Of a stretch of DNA of 64,000 nucleotides, positions 8,911 through 19,543 are shown in pieces. The notes under the pieces are model-generated. The model was not told the DNA's origin, did not search any database, and saw only the letters and a program-made list of their open reading frames with translations. The stretch comes from Pseudomonadota bacterium (lineage in GTDB: Bacteria > Pseudomonadota > Alphaproteobacteria > Sphingomonadales > Sphingomonadaceae): NCBI GenBank assembly GCA_023423775.1, contig JAFAEZ010000023.1, positions 5,532 through 69,531 of the forward strand, read 5' to 3'. Each line of letters starts with the position of its first letter. Positions within the stretch are counted from its first letter, which is position 1. Position numbers and translations under genes: made by a program.

Positions 8911-8942
8911 AAAAAAGGGCGGCCCGCGCGGACCGCCCCCTT
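8911..8942 (-). terminator. Intrinsic terminator after the DUF4383 gene
   Basis: Minus strand GGGCGGTCC-GCGC-GGGCCGCCC followed by T6. Confidence 0.75.
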
Positions 8943-8958
8943 CCGACTACACAAGGAG

Positions 8959-9378
8959 TTAGACGCCGCTGATCGGCGCCGTGCGGTGGACCCATCCGAA
9001 ATAGGCCGCCACCGCGGCGAGCAGAGCGTGTAGCCAGATGTCGTTGCCATAGAGCGGCACCAGCCCGAACATGGTATTGAGACCGGGGATCAGGCCAAGC
9101 ACGACCAGCACCGCATAGATGATCGCGACGGCGCGGGCATAGGCAACCGCGCCATTGAGGCTCTTATAGGTCAGCAAGCCCCAGATCCCGAACAGGATGT
9201 GGACAAGATTGTGCAGCAGGTTGACCGGGAACAGCCCGAGCAGATCGCCCCTGAAGGCATTTACGGCAAGATCAGGATGCCCAGGGCCATGGGCATGGAC
9301 AAGTCCCGGGACGAATCCGAGGATTCCTACCAGAAGAAAAATTATGCCGAAAACAAGCGCAAAGGTACGGGTGTTCAT
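8959..9378 (-). CDS. DUF4383-like four-TM membrane protein
   Basis: VGILGFVPG, LGLFPVNLLHNLVH, NDIWLH; GGGAGG SD. Confidence 0.75.
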   Translation of the reverse strand: MNTRTFALVFGIIFLLVGILGFVPGLVHAHGPGHPDLAVNAFRGDLLGLFPVNLLHNLVHILFGIWGLLTYKSLNGAVAYARAVAIIYAVLVVLGLIPGLNTMFGLVPLYGNDIWLHALLAAVAAYFGWVHRTAPISGV

Positions 9379-9469
9379 GGATGCCTCCCTGTTGGCCTTT
9401 TTACGCGTTACTCGGTCCGCCGTCTTCTTACTCTAATATCGCCGGCTCCACTACTGCCTCGCGTCAGCT

Positions 9470-10987
9470 TCAAGGCATCGCAAAGTTGATTCCCTGCGCC
9501 AGGAGAAGGTCGCGACTGTAATTGATCGTGTTGGTCGCGCGCCGCATATAGGCGCGCCACGCGTCCGACCCGCTTTCCCGGCCGCCGCCGGTCTCCTTCT
9601 CGCCGCCGAACGCACCGCCGATCTCGGCGCCCGACGGACCGATATTGACGTTGACGATGCCGCAGTCCGAACCCGCCGCCGATAGGAAGAGCTCGGCCTC
9701 GCGCAGGTCGTTGGTGAAGATCGACGACGCCAGCCCCTGCGGCGCCGAATTATGCGCCGCGATCGCCTCTTCGAGCGCCGCGTAGCGCATGACGTAGAGG
9801 ATCGGAGCGAAAGTCTCCGTGAGCGTGATCGGAGTCTGCGCGGGCATTTCGACGATCGCGGGGCGGACATAATAAGCGTCCGGCCATCGATCGCGCAGCA
9901 GCCGCTCGCCGCCCGCGATCTCGCCCCCTTGCTGCCGCGCCTGATCGAGCGCGCCCTGCATGGCCTCAAACGCGGCGGCGTCGATCAGCGGCCCGACCAA
10001 AGCGCCCTCCTGCAGGGGATTGCCGACTGCGACCTCGGCCCACACTTGCTTCAGCCGCGGCACGAGGACGTCGTAGATGTGCGCGTGCACGAACAAGCGG
10101 CGCAGCGTGGTACAGCGCTGTCCGGCCGTGCCGACCGCCGCGAAGGTGATCCCGCGCTCGGCCAGAGCGAGGTCGGCACTGGGCGCGACGACCATGCCGT
10201 TATTGCCGCCAAGCTCGAGCAGGGTCCGGCCGAAGCGCGCCGCAACCCGCGGCGCAACCGCCCGGCCCATCCGGGTCGACCCGGTCGCCGACACCAGGGC
10301 AACGCGCGGATCGTCGACCAACGCCTCGCCTGTCTCGCGGCCACCCTGCACCACTTGGCTGAGATGCGCCGGCGCGTCGCCGAACCGCGCCATCGCCCGA
10401 TCGAACAGAGCCTGCACCGCGACCGCGGCGAGCGGCGTCTTCTCGGACGGCTTCCACACCACCGCATCGCCGCAGACCAGGGCCAGGCAGGCATTCCATG
10501 CCCAGACCGCGACGGGGAAATTGAAGGCGGAGATCACGCCGACTACGCCGAGCGGGTGCCAGGTCTCCATCATCCGGTGGCCCGGCCGCTCGGTGGCGAT
10601 GGTGAGGCCATATAATTGGCGGGAAAGCCCGACGGCGAAGTCGCAAATGTCGATCATCTCCTGGACCTCTCCCAACCCCTCCTGGAGGATCTTGCCGGCC
10701 TCGAGGCTGACGAGCCGCCCGAGCGCATCCTTTTCGGCCCGCAGGACCTCGCCGAACAGGCGGACCAGCTCGCCCCGGCGCGGCGCGGGCACCGAGCGCC
10801 ACTGGAGAAAGGCGTCATGCGCGCGGTCGATGGCGGTTGCGACCGCCGCGGCGTCCTGCGACGCGACACTGCCGATCACGGCGCCGTCGATCGGGGAGCG
10901 CGAATGCAGATCGCCGCCGTCCGCCGCCGGCATGCCCAATCGCTGCCACAGGGCGCGGATCTCGCCGCGGGAATCGAAATTATGCAT
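9470..10987 (-). CDS. Aldehyde dehydrogenase family 7 (piperideine-6-carboxylate/aminoadipate-semialdehyde dehydrogenase-like)
   Basis: GEVQEMIDICDFAVGLSRQLYG, ISAFNFPVAVW, LELGGNN, GQRCTT, GAEIGGAFGGEKETGGGRESGSD. Confidence 0.92.
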   Translation of the reverse strand: MHNFDSRGEIRALWQRLGMPAADGGDLHSRSPIDGAVIGSVASQDAAAVATAIDRAHDAFLQWRSVPAPRRGELVRLFGEVLRAEKDALGRLVSLEAGKILQEGLGEVQEMIDICDFAVGLSRQLYGLTIATERPGHRMMETWHPLGVVGVISAFNFPVAVWAWNACLALVCGDAVVWKPSEKTPLAAVAVQALFDRAMARFGDAPAHLSQVVQGGRETGEALVDDPRVALVSATGSTRMGRAVAPRVAARFGRTLLELGGNNGMVVAPSADLALAERGITFAAVGTAGQRCTTLRRLFVHAHIYDVLVPRLKQVWAEVAVGNPLQEGALVGPLIDAAAFEAMQGALDQARQQGGEIAGGERLLRDRWPDAYYVRPAIVEMPAQTPITLTETFAPILYVMRYAALEEAIAAHNSAPQGLASSIFTNDLREAELFLSAAGSDCGIVNVNIGPSGAEIGGAFGGEKETGGGRESGSDAWRAYMRRATNTINYSRDLLLAQGINFAMP

Positions 10988-11792
10988 TATCGTCCTTCAA
11001 ACGGGCGATCAGGGCGCGGGCCGCGGCCGGAGCTCGAACCTTGGCGCCGCTGATGACGAAGATGTAGGTATCGCGCGGCATGACCGGCGCCGGCGTTTCG
11101 GCAACATAGGGAAAGCCGGCCGGGCTTTCGCCGCGGGCCCAGGCTTGCGCAACCTCGGCCCAGCGGTCGAGCTCCGCTTCGGCATAGCCGGTCGCCTCCT
11201 CCTCGCGCGAGCGCTGCAGCCGCGCATAGACGAAATCGCCCGAGACGTCGGCGATGCAGGGATAATCGTCGGCATCGGCGAAGACGATCGCGACCCCAGC
11301 CTTGCGCGCCATCGCGACGAAGCGGGGATCGCGGAAGCTTTCATGACGCGGCTCGACCGCGTGGCGCAGCCTCACCCCGTCCTGCGCGTGCGGCAGCAGA
11401 TCGAGGAAGGCCTGGAAATCCTCGGGTTCGAACTGCTTGGTGCCCATGAACTGCCACAGGATCGGTCCGAGCCTGTCGCCGAGCTCGGTGAGCCCTTGGG
11501 CGCAGAATTTGGCGATCGCCTCGCCACCCTCGCCGAGCCGCTTGCGGTTGGTGCAGAAACGCGAAGCCTTGACGGCGAACTGGAAGCCGTCCGGCACCGT
11601 TTTCGCCCAGCGCGCGAATAGATCCTTGTTCTGCAACCTGTAATAGGTCGCATTGATCTCGATCGCAGTCAGCGCGCGCGAGGCGAATTCGAGCTGGCGC
11701 GCCTTGGCCAGCCCTTCGGGATAGAAAGTGCCGCGCCAGGGATCGAAATCCCAGCCGCCAATGCCGACCCGGATTCGCTTTGCCTTCGCCAT
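10980..11792 (-). CDS. DUF72 family protein
   Basis: RVGIGGW, IEINATYY, FAVKA, LGPILWQF, AVEPRHESF, FVYARL; GGAGG SD. Confidence 0.88.
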   Translation of the reverse strand: MAKAKRIRVGIGGWDFDPWRGTFYPEGLAKARQLEFASRALTAIEINATYYRLQNKDLFARWAKTVPDGFQFAVKASRFCTNRKRLGEGGEAIAKFCAQGLTELGDRLGPILWQFMGTKQFEPEDFQAFLDLLPHAQDGVRLRHAVEPRHESFRDPRFVAMARKAGVAIVFADADDYPCIADVSGDFVYARLQRSREEEATGYAEAELDRWAEVAQAWARGESPAGFPYVAETPAPVMPRDTYIFVISGAKVRAPAAARALIARLKDDNA

Positions 11793-11896
11793 CCCGTCCT
11801 CCCGCCGCATCGTGAGGCTGCCAGCTTGTCGCGCGCGCGGAAACCCCTAATTGGGAGGTAACAGAATAGAAAGCGACCGCGTGGCTTAGCCGCCTT

Positions 11897-12382
11897 ATGA
11901 CCTCAACCGACGACCCGACCGACCGGCCGCATTCCGACGGCCCCGACCGGCCTGCCGGCGGCCTCGTGCCGCCGTCCGCAATCCGGGTGATGATCGTCGA
12001 CGACGAGGAGATGATGCGCGCTTTGGTGCGCCGGACGCTCGAGAAGATGGGCTTCAGCCAGATCTATGCCGCGCGGGACGGGGCGGAGGCGCTGCCGCTG
12101 GCGCAGTCGCAGCGGCCCGATCTGATCATCGCCGACTACGACATGCCCAAGATGCACGGGCTGCAGTTCCTGAAGGCGGTGCGCCAGGATGCCGCGCTCG
12201 ACAAGACCGGCTTCATCATGCTCAGCGGCGCCGCCAACGAAGCGGTGGTCGACAAGGCCGACGAACTCGGCGTCAACAGCTTCATCCTCAAGCCCTTCTT
12301 CCCCGAGGATTTGAAGCGGCGGATGGAGACCTTGTTCCGCGAGCTCACCGGATCGGACATCGACTGGACGGCCGCGGCCTGA
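11897..12382 (+). CDS. Single-domain (CheY-like) response regulator
   Basis: IVDDE, IIADYDMP, MLSG, FILKPF. Confidence 0.85.
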   Translation: MTSTDDPTDRPHSDGPDRPAGGLVPPSAIRVMIVDDEEMMRALVRRTLEKMGFSQIYAARDGAEALPLAQSQRPDLIIADYDMPKMHGLQFLKAVRQDAALDKTGFIMLSGAANEAVVDKADELGVNSFILKPFFPEDLKRRMETLFRELTGSDIDWTAAA

Positions 12383-12409
12383 TCGCCGCGCCGCCCCCAA
12401 TGCCTGCTC

Positions 12410-12760
12410 TTATCCGGCCCTGGCCGCGGTGACGATGATCTCGACCTTGTAGTCGGGCGTCGCGAGCCGCGCTTCGCCGGTGGCGCGGGCGGGCGCCGGG
12501 GCGTCGGCGATCCACGCGTCCCACACCGCATTCATCTCGGCGAAGTCGGCCATGTCCGCGAGCCAGATCGTGGCATGGAGCAGGTGATGCTTGTCGCTGC
12601 CGACGCGAGCCAGCAGCGCCTCGATGTCGGCGAGCACCGCCTTGGTCTGCGCGGTCACGCTCTCGCCCGGCGCGCCGACCTGCCCGGCCAGATAGATGGT
12701 GTCGCCATGGACGACGGCCTGGCTCATGCGGCGGCCCTGGTCGATGCGGGTGATCGTCAT
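12410..12760 (-). CDS. RidA/YjgF family protein (YoaB-like)
   Basis: RMSQAVVH, YLAGQV, FAEMNAVWDAW, PARAT, KVEI. Confidence 0.9.
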   Translation of the reverse strand: MTITRIDQGRRMSQAVVHGDTIYLAGQVGAPGESVTAQTKAVLADIEALLARVGSDKHHLLHATIWLADMADFAEMNAVWDAWIADAPAPARATGEARLATPDYKVEIIVTAARAG

Positions 12761-12777
12761 TTCAACTCTCCTGAGGC

Positions 12778-14028
12778 TCAGTAACGCTGGATCGAAAGAT
12801 CGTCGGTGCGGATCGCCGGCGTGCGCCCGGCGATGATGTCGGCGATGACATGGCCGGATCCGCAGGCCATCGTCCAGCCGAGCGTGCCGTGGCCGGTGTT
12901 GAGGAAGAGATTGGCATATCGGGTGGGCCCGATCACCGGCGTGCTGTCCGGGGTCATCGGCCGTAGGCCCGACCAGAAGCTCGCCCCGGCATCGCCGCCC
13001 GAGCCGGGGAAGAGCGACCGCGCCGAATGTTCGAGCGTCGCCTGGCGTGCCGGCCGCAGGACATTGTTGTAGCCCGAAATCTCGGCCATGCCGCCGACCC
13101 GGATGCGGTCGCCCAGCCGGGTGATCGCGACCTTGTAGCTCTCGTCGAGCACGGTCGATACCGGCGCGCGCGCCTCGTCGACGATCGGCATCGTGATCGA
13201 ATAGCCCTTCACCGGATAGACAGGAAGCCGGATGCCCAGCGGCGCGACCAGCAACGGCGAATAGCTGCCCATCGCCACCAAATAGGCGTCGCCCTTGAGG
13301 TCGCCGGCGTCGGTCTCGACATGGCTGATCGCCCCCCCAGACTTGACCAATCGCCGGATCGCTGTGCCGAAGCGGAATTCGACACCGCGCGCCGCCGCCA
13401 TCTCGGCGAGCTGGTTGGTGAATTTGAAGCAGTCGCCGGTCTCGTCGAGCGGCAGCCGCAGCCCGCCGACGAACGGCACGTCGCTATAGGCAAGGCCCGG
13501 CTCGGCGGCGATGCAGCCGGCCCGGTCGAGCAATTCGAACGGCACGCCGTCGGCGCGCAGCACTTCCATGTCGGCATCGGCGGCGTCGAGCTGCGCCTGC
13601 TTGCGGAACAATTGCAGCGTGCCCTGCGCGCGCTCGTCATAGGCGATGCCGGTCTCGGCGCGCAGCGCGATCAGCTGGTCGCGGCTGAATTCGGCAAGCC
13701 GGACCATCCGCTCCTTGTTGGTGCGATAGGCATTCGCCGTGCAGTTCATCAGCATCGCCGTCAGCCAGCGCACCATCGCCATATCGAGCTGGGGCCGGAT
13801 GATCAGCGGCGCATGCTTCATCATCAGCCAGCGCACCGCCTTGGCCGGGATGTTGGGGGCCGCCCAGGGCGAAGCGTAACCGGGCGAGATCTCGCCGGCA
13901 TTGGCGAAGCTGGTCTCCATCGCGGGCCCGCTCTGGCGGTCGACGATGACGACCTCGTGCCCCGCCTGGGCCAGATACCAGGCCGAGGCGACGCCGACGA
14001 CGCCGCCGCCCAAGATGATGATACGCAT
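12778..14028 (-). CDS. dadA: D-amino acid dehydrogenase
   Basis: GGGVVG FAD motif, [38 protein letters not shown]. Confidence 0.95.
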   Translation of the reverse strand: MRIIILGGGVVGVASAWYLAQAGHEVVIVDRQSGPAMETSFANAGEISPGYASPWAAPNIPAKAVRWLMMKHAPLIIRPQLDMAMVRWLTAMLMNCTANAYRTNKERMVRLAEFSRDQLIALRAETGIAYDERAQGTLQLFRKQAQLDAADADMEVLRADGVPFELLDRAGCIAAEPGLAYSDVPFVGGLRLPLDETGDCFKFTNQLAEMAAARGVEFRFGTAIRRLVKSGGAISHVETDAGDLKGDAYLVAMGSYSPLLVAPLGIRLPVYPVKGYSITMPIVDEARAPVSTVLDESYKVAITRLGDRIRVGGMAEISGYNNVLRPARQATLEHSARSLFPGSGGDAGASFWSGLRPMTPDSTPVIGPTRYANLFLNTGHGTLGWTMACGSGHVIADIIAGRTPAIRTDDLSIQRY

Positions 14029-14033
14029 TGCTT

Positions 14034-15161
14034 TCAGTCCCCATCCGGCGCTGCGGCGCCGCCATCATTGTAGACGCGCGCATAGCGGGCACCGAGGCGC
14101 GTCAAGATTTCATAGTCGATCGTGCCGGCGTCGCGCGCGACATCCTCGAGCGTCTGGTGCGGCCCGATCAGCTCGACCGGAGCGCCGGGATAGAGATGCT
14201 CGGCGGGTACGTCGGTGACGTCGATCGTCATACTGTCCATCGACACACGGCCGACGACCGACACGCGGACCCCGCCGACGAACGCCGAGCCCTTATTGGC
14301 GAGATGCCAGGGCCAACCATCGGCATAGCCGACCGCCAGTGTCGCCAGCCGCGTCTCGCGCGGCGCGGTGAAGGTGAGGCCATAGCCGACGCCGGTCCCC
14401 GCCGCGACGGCGCGGAGCTGGACGATCCGCGCCTCGAGGCGCACAACCGGGCGCATCGGATTGACCCGATCCGCAAACGGCGCGCCGCCGTACAGCGCGA
14501 TGCCCGGCCGGATCAGATCGAAATGGCCGCGGCCCGCGGCGAGCGCGCCGGCCGAATTGTCGAGCGCCCGCGGCACGCCCGGAAAGGCGGCGCAGATGCG
14601 CTCGAAGGCGGCGACCTGCAGGGCGTTCGCTTCGTGGCCGGGCGCGTCCGCGCAGGCAAGATGGCTCATGACAAAGCGCAACTCGATGCCTTCACGCAGG
14701 GTCGGCTCGGCGATCAGCCGCTCCAACTCGTCGGCCGGCAGGCCGAGCCGCGACATGCCGGTGTCGACCTGCAGCACGGCTGGAAGCGCCTGCCCCGCGG
14801 CGCGCCCGAGCGCAGCCCAGCGTTCGAGCTGGTCGAGCGAGTTCAGCACCGGGATCGCCCCAATCGCCGCACAGGCCGCTTCGGCGCCGGGCATCAGGCC
14901 GTTCAAGACATAGAGGGCGGCGCCGGCGGGCACTTCACGCTCCAGCGCGACGGCCTCGGACAGATGCGCGACAAAGAAATGCTTGCACCCCGCGGCGGCC
15001 AGGGCACGCACGACCGGGACCGCGCCGAGCCCATAGGCGTCGGCCTTGACCACGGCGGCGGCAACCGCGGGCGCGGCGCTGGCCCCGATCGCGCGCCAGT
15101 TCGCGACCAGCGCTTCGAGGTCGATATGTAGGATCGCTCCTGCTTGAACCGCATCGACCAT
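14034..15161 (-). CDS. alr: Alanine racemase
   Basis: [14 protein letters not shown] lysine, [36 protein letters not shown]. Confidence 0.95.
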   Translation of the reverse strand: MVDAVQAGAILHIDLEALVANWRAIGASAAPAVAAAVVKADAYGLGAVPVVRALAAAGCKHFFVAHLSEAVALEREVPAGAALYVLNGLMPGAEAACAAIGAIPVLNSLDQLERWAALGRAAGQALPAVLQVDTGMSRLGLPADELERLIAEPTLREGIELRFVMSHLACADAPGHEANALQVAAFERICAAFPGVPRALDNSAGALAAGRGHFDLIRPGIALYGGAPFADRVNPMRPVVRLEARIVQLRAVAAGTGVGYGLTFTAPRETRLATLAVGYADGWPWHLANKGSAFVGGVRVSVVGRVSMDSMTIDVTDVPAEHLYPGAPVELIGPHQTLEDVARDAGTIDYEILTRLGARYARVYNDGGAAAPDGD

Positions 15162-15286
15162 GGCTGACCCCCGGAATTGCGCCAACATAGTGAGACATGC
15201 GTCGAACGGGCGACGAATCATTCGAACGGTCTTGCCAATTCGGCGGCCGGACGCTTAGCCGATACGGCGACACGGGAGAATATTCG

Positions 15287-15745
15287 ATGAGCCTAGACTC
15301 GAAGGACCGCGCCATATTGCGGCTGATGCGGGTCAACGCCCGGCTGACCCATGCCCAGATCGGCGAGGAGGTCGGCCTCTCTCCTTCCGCCTGCCATCGC
15401 CGCATCAAGCAGCTCGAAGCCGAAGGCTATATCGGCGGCTACACGATCGTTCCCGGCCGCAACGACGGCGGCGAGGCGCGGGTCAACATGATCATTCAGG
15501 TCACGCTCGAGCGCCAGACCGAGGAATATCTGACCCGCTTCGAACGCGCCGTGCGCAAATGCCCCGAAGTGAAGGAATGTTTCCTGGTCTCGGGCTCGTT
15601 CGATTACTGGTTGCGCGTCGAGGTGGAAAGCGCGGTCCATTACGAGACGATCCACGGCGACGTCCTCTCCCGCCTCCCCGGCGTGACCCGAATCAATTCG
15701 AGCCTCGCCATGCGCGATGCGCTCGGCCAGCGGCGCGAGGAATGA
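15287..15745 (+). CDS. Lrp/AsnC family regulator, divergent from alr-dadA
   Basis: LDSKDRAIL...VGLSPSACHRRIKQLE HTH; ECFLVSGSFDY. Confidence 0.9.
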   Translation: MSLDSKDRAILRLMRVNARLTHAQIGEEVGLSPSACHRRIKQLEAEGYIGGYTIVPGRNDGGEARVNMIIQVTLERQTEEYLTRFERAVRKCPEVKECFLVSGSFDYWLRVEVESAVHYETIHGDVLSRLPGVTRINSSLAMRDALGQRREE

Positions 15746-15826
15746 TCGCACGCGTGCAGCCAATGCCGAAGTCCGGGGTTTTGCCGGCATAGGACGAAAT
15801 TCCTTCTGGCCGAGGGATAAGATCGC

Positions 15827-16732
15827 ATGCGCAACGTCGCCGGCTTATGTGTCGCTTTGTCGCTCGGCGCCTGCGTGGCCGGACCGCCCGCCCTCCCCGG
15901 CGCCTCGACCGCCTCGGCGATCACGGCCGCCTTCACCCAGGAGCCTGCGGTCGAGCCGGTGCCGCTCCCGCCTCTGTCACCAAGCAGCCGCCGCCAGCGC
16001 GAGATCGAGGCGATGACAGCGCCGGCCCTCGCCCAATGGATATTTCCCACACGCAGCGCGGAGTTTTCCACCGCCGAACTCTACCCCGCGCGCTGGGGCG
16101 TGCTCGCTTATGCCCTGATATGGCGGGAGCCTCGGTCGGCGGGCCCGCCCGGCATTTGCGAAGTGAGCGGCACGGGCATCTCGTTCCGGATCGAGGGCGA
16201 GGCCAGGCTGACGCCGCAGCAGCGGCTGGACCCGCCGCTGCAGCCCTTTCAGACAATCGAGGAGCGTCGCTTCCGCGTGGCGGGATCGACCGAGCCGGGC
16301 ACCGCCGACCCCGAGTGCGCCGCCGGCCGGCCGTATTGGGACTGGAGCCGGGCGCCTTCGGCCGCGGCGATCCACCGCGCCGCGAATCTGATGGAGCGCG
16401 CGCGGGCCCGCGTCGGCGCCCGGCGCAATCCCGGCTTCAGCCTCGCCTGCTCGCAAATGCGGACCGACGAGCGCAGCGGCGCCTCTTCAATCGTGGCCTG
16501 CCCCGATCCGGTGGCGCTGCTGCTGCAACTCCGCCCCGCGCTCATCCAGCGCGTCCGCAAGACCGCCTGCCAGGGCGACATCAGCGCGGTCTCGGAAGGT
16601 CCCTGCATCGCGATCGAATATGACGACCCGGCGGCGCCGGGCACGCACAGCTTCTATGCGGTCCGGCTCGCCGCCGACGGCCGCGACGCCAGCACGATCG
16701 AGATCATCCAGGGAATGATGCCGCCGCATTGA
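15827..16732 (+). CDS. Hypothetical lipoprotein
   Basis: N-terminal hydrophobic stretch ending in lipobox-like LSLGAC; six further Cys; family not recognised. Confidence 0.6.
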   Translation: MRNVAGLCVALSLGACVAGPPALPGASTASAITAAFTQEPAVEPVPLPPLSPSSRRQREIEAMTAPALAQWIFPTRSAEFSTAELYPARWGVLAYALIWREPRSAGPPGICEVSGTGISFRIEGEARLTPQQRLDPPLQPFQTIEERRFRVAGSTEPGTADPECAAGRPYWDWSRAPSAAAIHRAANLMERARARVGARRNPGFSLACSQMRTDERSGASSIVACPDPVALLLQLRPALIQRVRKTACQGDISAVSEGPCIAIEYDDPAAPGTHSFYAVRLAADGRDASTIEIIQGMMPPH

Positions 16733-16793
16733 ATACGCGCCTGCTCGCGCGACGCTTGCAGGGTCCGCATCCGGCCGGGGAGGACAAAATGAC

Positions 16794-16868
16794 TGGCTGG
16801 GGCGGCAGGATTCGAACCTGCGAATGCCGGTACCAAAAACCGGTGCCTTACCGCTTGGCGACGCCCCA
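16794..16868 (-). tRNA. tRNA-Gln (anticodon TTG)
   Basis: TGGGGCG acceptor stem, CCGGT-TTTTGGT-ACCGG anticodon arm, GGTTCGAATCC T-loop, encoded CCA. Confidence 0.97.
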
Positions 16869-16963
16869 GCAGGATCGCTGAGCGATCCGGCGCGCCCGCC
16901 TTATAGCGGCGCGCGCGCGCGGGAAAAGGGGAAGAACGCGCTTTTTTGAAGGGCGCGCGGACT

Positions 16964-18058
16964 TCAGGCGATCTCCTCAACCCAGCCATGAGGATCGGGG
17001 GCGGTGCCGCGCTGGATCGCCACCAGGGTGGAGCGCAGCCGCTCGGTCACCGGACCCATGGTCTGGCCGCCGACCGTGAACTGGCCTTCCTGCGTCTTCA
17101 CCGCCCCGATCGGGGTGACGACGGCGGCGGTGCCGCAGGCGAAGGCCTCGGTCAGCCGGCCGCTCTTGGCGTCCGCCTCCCACTGGTCGATCGCATAGGG
17201 CTCCTCGCGCACCGTCAGCCCGGCGTCACGGGCAAGCGTGATGATCGAATCGCGGGTGATCCCGGGCAGGATCGTGCCGGTCAGCGGCGGCGTCTGGATC
17301 GAGCCGTCGTCGAACACGAAGAAGATGTTCATGCCGCCCAGTTCCTCGACCCAGCGCCGCTCGACCGCGTCGAGGAAAACGACCTGGTCGCAGCCCTGCC
17401 GGGTCGCTTCGGCCTGGGCGATCAAACTCGCTGCATAATTGCCGCCGCATTTGGCGGCGCCGGTGCCGCCCGGCGCAGCGCGCGTATATTCGCGCGTCGC
17501 ATAGAGCGTGATCGCGGGCGCGCCGCCGCGGAAATAGGCACCCACGGAAGAGGCCATCACCACATAGAGATATTCGATCGCCGGCTTCACCCCGAGGAAG
17601 ACCTCGCTCGCGAACATGAAGGGACGCAGATAGAGCGCGCCGTCCGGGCTGTCGGGGATCCAGCTTTTGTCGGCGCGAACCAGAGCGCGCACCGATTCGA
17701 GGAAGATCTCCTCGGGCAACTCGGCCATCGCCATCCGCCGCGCCGAGGCGTTGAAGCGGCGGGCATTCGCCTCGGGACGGAACAAGGCCGCGCCGCCACC
17801 GGGGCGGTGGTAGGCCTTCATGCCCTCGAAAATCTCCTGGGCGTAATGGAGCACGGCGGCCGCCGGATCCATCGCCAGCGGCTGGCGGGCGGTGATGCGG
17901 GCGTCGTGCCAGCCTTTTTCGGCATTGTAGCGGACGATCGCCATATGATCGGTGAAGACCTTGCCGAAGCCCGGATCGATCAGCTGCCGGACCCGTTCCG
18001 CGTCCGCCACCGGGCTGGGATTGGGCTCGAACGCAAAGCTGCCGGAAACGGAAAGCAT
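16964..18058 (-). CDS. ilvE: Branched-chain amino acid aminotransferase
   Basis: GFGKVFTDHM, LHYAQEIFEGMKAY, LYLRP, AKCGGNYA, ILPGITR, GTAAVV. Confidence 0.93.
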   Translation of the reverse strand: MLSVSGSFAFEPNPSPVADAERVRQLIDPGFGKVFTDHMAIVRYNAEKGWHDARITARQPLAMDPAAAVLHYAQEIFEGMKAYHRPGGGAALFRPEANARRFNASARRMAMAELPEEIFLESVRALVRADKSWIPDSPDGALYLRPFMFASEVFLGVKPAIEYLYVVMASSVGAYFRGGAPAITLYATREYTRAAPGGTGAAKCGGNYAASLIAQAEATRQGCDQVVFLDAVERRWVEELGGMNIFFVFDDGSIQTPPLTGTILPGITRDSIITLARDAGLTVREEPYAIDQWEADAKSGRLTEAFACGTAAVVTPIGAVKTQEGQFTVGGQTMGPVTERLRSTLVAIQRGTAPDPHGWVEEIA

Positions 18059-18144
18059 CGATCTATCCTCATCATGGAGCGCCGCCCCGGACGGGCCGCG
18101 TGATGAGGGGGCCTAGGCCGTGGCGGGCGGACCCGTCAACCGCG

Positions 18145-18963
18145 TCAGCCGCGGTCCCGCGCTTCCGCGCCCATTTCGCGGCTGCGGCGCACCGCCGCTT
18201 CGATCGTCTCGGCAACGAGGCGGTCGAGGCGCTGGTCGGCGTCGAGTACATCCAGCCCTTTGCGCGTCATCCCGCCCGGGCTGGCGACCTGTTCGGCGAG
18301 CTCGTACGGGCTCTCCGAGGCGGCGGCGGCGAGCGCGCCCGCGCCTTCGACGGTGGCGAGCGCCAGCCGCTGCGCCTGCGCGCGCGGCAGGCCGAGCGCG
18401 GCCGCGGCCTCGCCCAGCGCGTCGATGAAGCGGAAGACGAAGGCGGGACCGCTCGCGGTCAGCGCCGAGACGACGTCGAAGAGCCCTTCATCGGCAATCC
18501 ACTCGACCTCGCCGAGCGCTCCCATCAGCTGCTCGACGACCGCACGGGCAGCCGCCTCGTCGCTGTCGCTGTAGAGGCTGGTGGCGGCCTTGTTGAGCCG
18601 GGCCGGCGTATTGGGCATGGCGCGGACGACCGTCCGTACGGAGGAGAAGCGGCGGCGCAGCGATTGCTGCTCGACGCCGGCGAGGATGGAGATGAGGATC
18701 GTGCCCGGCTCGACGACGCGCGCCAACTCGGGCGCGACCGCATCGAGCATCTGCGGCTTGACGCCGAGCATCAGCAGCGCCGGCACCTCGTCCTCGGGCA
18801 GAGCGGTGAGGACGCGGACGCCGTCGGCGACTGGCCTGCCGCTCGGGCGGATCACGGTGAGCTGGGCGGGATCGATGCCGCGCGCCAGCCAGCCTTCGAG
18901 CATCGCGCCCGCCATGTTGCCGCAGCCGACCAGCCAGAACGGCCCCGGCAGGCGGACGGGCAT
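18145..18963 (-). CDS. proC: Pyrroline-5-carboxylate reductase
   Basis: VGCGNMA, GVKPQ, RAMPNTP, SGPAF, VASPGGMT; TGATG coupling to ybjN. Confidence 0.92.
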   Translation of the reverse strand: MPVRLPGPFWLVGCGNMAGAMLEGWLARGIDPAQLTVIRPSGRPVADGVRVLTALPEDEVPALLMLGVKPQMLDAVAPELARVVEPGTILISILAGVEQQSLRRRFSSVRTVVRAMPNTPARLNKAATSLYSDSDEAAARAVVEQLMGALGEVEWIADEGLFDVVSALTASGPAFVFRFIDALGEAAAALGLPRAQAQRLALATVEGAGALAAAASESPYELAEQVASPGGMTRKGLDVLDADQRLDRLVAETIEAAVRRSREMGAEARDRG

Positions 18964-19472
18964 CAGGCCTCGCCCTGGGTCTCGATCAGAGCGGCCGCGA
19001 TCGCCTCGGCCGGCGTCTTGTCGGCCCAAAGGACGAACTGGAAGACCGGATAGAAGCGCTCGCATTCCTCGATCGCGGCTTCGACCAGGGTCTCGGCCTG
19101 CTGCAGCGTCAGCGCGCCGCCGTCCTCGCCTTCGAGCAAGGCGGCATGGCGGAAGAGGACGAGACCCGAGGTCGCCCACAATTCGAAATGACCGAGCCAG
19201 AGCTGCTCGTTGATGAGGCCGATCGTCTCGTAAGTGGCGGCCCGCTTGTCGGCGGGCACGCGGATGTCGGGCAGCGCCAGGAACTGGAGGACATTGTCGT
19301 CGTCGCGCCAGATCGCCCGCAGCTCATATTGGGCCCAGCTGCCCTGGAACGTGGCGACGATCTCCTCGTCGCCCTGGCGCTCATAGCCCCAGCCGTGCGC
19401 GCTGAAATAATGTTCGAGCATGTCGATCGGGGCGCTGGTCTCGCGCTCCATCTCATATTCGTCCACGTTCAT
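18963..19472 (-). CDS. YbjN domain-containing protein
   Basis: INEQLWLGHFELW, ECERFYPVFQFVLWA; typical alphaproteobacterial neighbour of proC. Confidence 0.85.
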   Translation of the reverse strand: MNVDEYEMERETSAPIDMLEHYFSAHGWGYERQGDEEIVATFQGSWAQYELRAIWRDDDNVLQFLALPDIRVPADKRAATYETIGLINEQLWLGHFELWATSGLVLFRHAALLEGEDGGALTLQQAETLVEAAIEECERFYPVFQFVLWADKTPAEAIAAALIETQGEA

Positions 19473-19487
19473 GCCCCGGCTGTCCTT

Positions 19488-19503
19488 TTACTACATCTTG
19501 TAT
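19488..19503. promoter_or_regulatory. NrdR-box-like palindrome overlapping the ybjN SD
   Basis: ttaCTAcATcTTGtat fits the CwA-n-AT-n-TwG core of the NrdR box. Confidence 0.45.
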
Positions 19504-19543
19504 CAAAGGCTGCACGGACCCCCGCCAAAGCGCAAGGGAGACA

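Noticed and set aside
16733..16868. Active integrative element at tRNA-Gln
   Set aside because: No integrase, and I found no duplicate of the tRNA 3' end in the window
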